From the NCBI GenBank assembly GCA_964405235.1, contig CAYONG010000285.1, positions 1,552 through 65,551 on the forward strand: 64,000 bases of DNA. Direction: 5' to 3'. Position 1 is the first letter of the stretch, and each line of letters opens with the position of its first letter. The DNA is from an uncultured bacterium (GTDB lineage Bacteria > Eisenbacteria > RBG-16-71-46). The translations under genes were made by a program, and so were the position numbers. Positions 62,208-64,000 of the stretch are shown here, piece by piece. Below the pieces are notes generated by a model, which worked only from the letters and a program-made list of their open reading frames with translations, was not told the DNA's origin and did no database searches.

Positions 62208-64000
62208 GGCTCCGATCGACACGTTGGCGGCGGAGATGATCGACGCCGTCCGAGCCAACGCAGGGCACTTCCCGACCTACATCCAGAGTCGGGGACGCTC
62301 GTATCTGGCCGATGGCCGCGTCGGGCCACTCGAGGTCGAAGGGAACCGGGTCGGCGCGACCGTCCGCGGCAGCCGGAACTACCGGACCCTCTGGCAGTGG
62401 GACGGCAAGATCGCCGACCCCCACTGCACCTGTCCGGCGGGTCCGATCTGCAAGCACGCATTCGCCCTCGCCAGGGCCATCGATGGCGCGCGGCATGACC
62501 GCGTCACGACGGCCGCCGACGCCGCCCGCGGCCGAGCCCGCGACGGTGGGGGGAGCGAAGCGCGTCGTCATCCCTTCCGCGGAGCCGATTCCGGAGAGGA
62601 CCGGCCCCTGCCCGAGCAGGTGCGTGCCGAACTGGCCAGCGATCTCGCACACTGGGCGCGCCGCCATAGCGAAGCGCCGGCCCGCGTATTGCGCGCGGTG
62701 TTCGGCCTCGACTCCGACGAGGGGGGCCATCCCGACGTCTGGATGGAAGTCCGCGTTACGATGCCACGCATGATCGATGCGCCGCGTTCCGCGCGGCACG
62801 TCCTTCAGCTCGCGTCCGACCTGCGACGGAATCCGCTGTTGCTCGCGCCGCCACACACCCGGCTTCTGCGCTTCCTCGCAAGGGCGGTGCCGCTGGCGGA
62901 GCCGCTCGAGAGCGACATTCGATTCGGGCTCAAGGCGAGCACGATCAATCGGCTGCTCGACAGCTTCTCCGATTCGCCGCTCGCCACCTGGGGCGATGGC
63001 GATCACGCAGGGGCAGGTGGGCGTGGCGGCTGGATCCCGGGCGGGCGCCTGCGGCTGGGCGATGGAGCGCTCGACATCGTGCCATTGTGTTCCGGTGATG
63101 GGGTGGACATGCGCATCACGCTCGCGGCGCGCTGGCCGGACGGCCGACTGAGACCGCTTGATGAGGTCGTCTACCTTCCCTCGGACGACGAATTGCACCC
63201 CAGCCTGGTGCTCGCCGACGGCGTGTTCTGGCGGGTGGCGGAGGAACCACCGCCCCAGTTGATGCGGCGTCTTGCGACCACCGGCAGTCTCCAGGTGCCC
63301 GAGATCGGACGGGCGCGCTTTCTCGAACTGCTCGCCTCGAACTTCGCCAGCGTCGCCGACGCGCTCGCCCCGCACATCCGCGTCCACCGCGCGCGCCCGG
63401 TCATCACCCTCGACCTCGACGCCGACGACTGGCTTCAGGTGCGGCTGTTCGCGCACACCGGCGACGAGGCGTGGCGTCCAGGGGTCGAGACACCCGGCGT
63501 GGTGGGCTTCGAACTGGACGCCGAGGGCAAGTGGCTCAAGCTCTCACCGACCGGAGAAGCCGCCGGGTCGAGCGCGGAACGCGCCCCGGTCGGCGAACCG
63601 GACGAGGCCATCGCGGCCGACGTGCCCCGACGGACGCTGCCCGCCGCGGGGACCGGGGCCGCCGCCGTGTCGTCAGTCTGGATCGAAGTGCCCGATGCGG
63701 CGCTGGTCGAGCCGGCGCGCCAGTGGGTCGGTGAGCTTCCGATCGTGCGGCGCAAGGCGCGCCCGGCGCAGAGCGCCACCCACGAGCCGGCCCCCAATCC
63801 TGCCCACACCGACAGCGACGCCTGGATCCGCCTGGGAGCGCGCAGTCTCGAGACGTTCGCCGAGGCGTGGGAACGGCGCCCGCGCGACGTCCTCTACCTC
63901 GGCAACACCCGTATGCAGCATCTGCTCGCCGAGGAGCGCGCGATCCGCCCACGCGTGACGGTCGTGGCCAGCGGGGTCGACTGGTTCACGGTCTCCGCCG
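62197..64000 (+). CDS. SWIM zinc-finger protein, 3'-truncated by window edge (probable N-terminus of a large SNF2-family helicase)
   Basis: Not in the supplied ORF track, because no stop is reached. My manual translation from the GTG at 62197 (or the ATG at 62236) is open for about 600 codons with high GC3. The SWIM motif C-T-C-P-A-G-P-I-C-K-H is at 62425-62457, preceded by SRGRSYLADGRV. The SNF2 assignment is an inference from the N-terminal architecture only. Confidence 0.6.
   Translation, partial: MKPEAPIDTLAAEMIDAVRANAGHFPTYIQSRGRSYLADGRVGPLEVEGNRVGATVRGSRNYRTLWQWDGKIADPHCTCPAGPICKHAFALARAIDGARHDRVTTAADAARGRARDGGGSEARRHPFRGADSGEDRPLPEQVRAELASDLAHWARRHSEAPARVLRAVFGLDSDEGGHPDVWMEVRVTMPRMIDAPRSARHVLQLASDLRRNPLLLAPPHTRLLRFLARAVPLAEPLESDIRFGLKASTINRLLDSFSDSPLATWGDGDHAGAGGRGGWIPGGRLRLGDGALDIVPLCSGDGVDMRITLAARWPDGRLRPLDEVVYLPSDDELHPSLVLADGVFWRVAEEPPPQLMRRLATTGSLQVPEIGRARFLELLASNFASVADALAPHIRVHRARPVITLDLDADDWLQVRLFAHTGDEAWRPGVETPGVVGFELDAEGKWLKLSPTGEAAGSSAERAPVGEPDEAIAADVPRRTLPAAGTGAAAVSSVWIEVPDAALVEPARQWVGELPIVRRKARPAQSATHEPAPNPAHTDSDAWIRLGARSLETFAEAWERRPRDVLYLGNTRMQHLLAEERAIRPRVTVVASGVDWFTVSA

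Noticed and set aside
62005-63456. 483-aa minus-strand ORF listed in the track
   Set aside because: It is antisense to the open-ended plus-strand frame that encodes a canonical SWIM finger and has high GC3. The minus-strand translation is Arg/Gly/Ala-rich with no motifs.
1-64000. Search for CRISPR arrays, IS elements, integrases, prophage genes and rRNA
   Set aside because: I saw no short direct repeats with regular spacing and no transposase-, integrase- or recombinase-like translations. I saw no terminal inverted repeats flanking the accessory island and no rRNA-like segments. The only DNA repeats found are the intragenic 138-141-nt units, the 23-mer pair and the 17-mer pair reported above.

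Overview
Very GC-rich bacterial chromosomal segment. My hand counts of typical 60-nt lines give about 65-72% G+C. It is almost fully coding, with about 50 genes. I found no rRNA, tRNA, CRISPR array, transposase or integrase. Genes use Shine-Dalgarno-type RBSs (for example AGGAGG 5 nt before the ATG at 46235), and 4-nt start/stop overlaps (ATGA/GTGA/TTGA) are very common, so most genes sit in translationally coupled operons. The many long antisense ORFs in the track are GC-driven shadow ORFs. Content in order: (1) 1-8180, a seven-gene + strand operon mixing three ATP-dependent amide ligases (two ATP-grasp, one GCS2 fused to CBS domains) with four hydrolases (S51-like, two esterases, AstE/AspA-like). 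(2) 8415-16961, a 2653-aa secreted HExxH metalloprotease built from duplicated Ig/IPT/beta-propeller modules, preceded by a small secreted protein. (3) A divergent TPR-CHAT protease and a beta-propeller protein. (4) A reductive pyrimidine / beta-alanine catabolic set: PreT-like, dihydropyrimidinase, beta-ureidopropionase-like, mmsA, plus extra amidohydrolase and NTF2-like genes. (5) 34639-37981, a compact five-gene island in which two paralogous small-ORF + minimal nucleotidyltransferase pairs flank a soluble GHKL ATPase. This is my best candidate for an undescribed conflict or TA-like system. (6) NUDIX, phosphodiester glycosidase and FN3 proteins. (7) A xanthine-dehydrogenase-family Mo-enzyme operon interrupted by a GIY-YIG-like ORF. 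(8) An envelope-type operon: hydrolase, membrane protein, FMO, GtrA, FAD-linked oxidase. (9) An Opp-type binding protein and two permeases with no ATPases. (10) A GT-C/TPR membrane protein, an S9 peptidase, an orphan lipoprotein and YaiI. (11) An open-ended SWIM zinc-finger ORF that runs off the 3' edge and is missing from the ORF track. Three secreted proteins share a FlgD-Ig/T9SS-type C-terminal tail. Lineage is an inference only: an uncultivated high-GC Gemmatimonadota/Eisenbacteria-like (FCB-related) organism.
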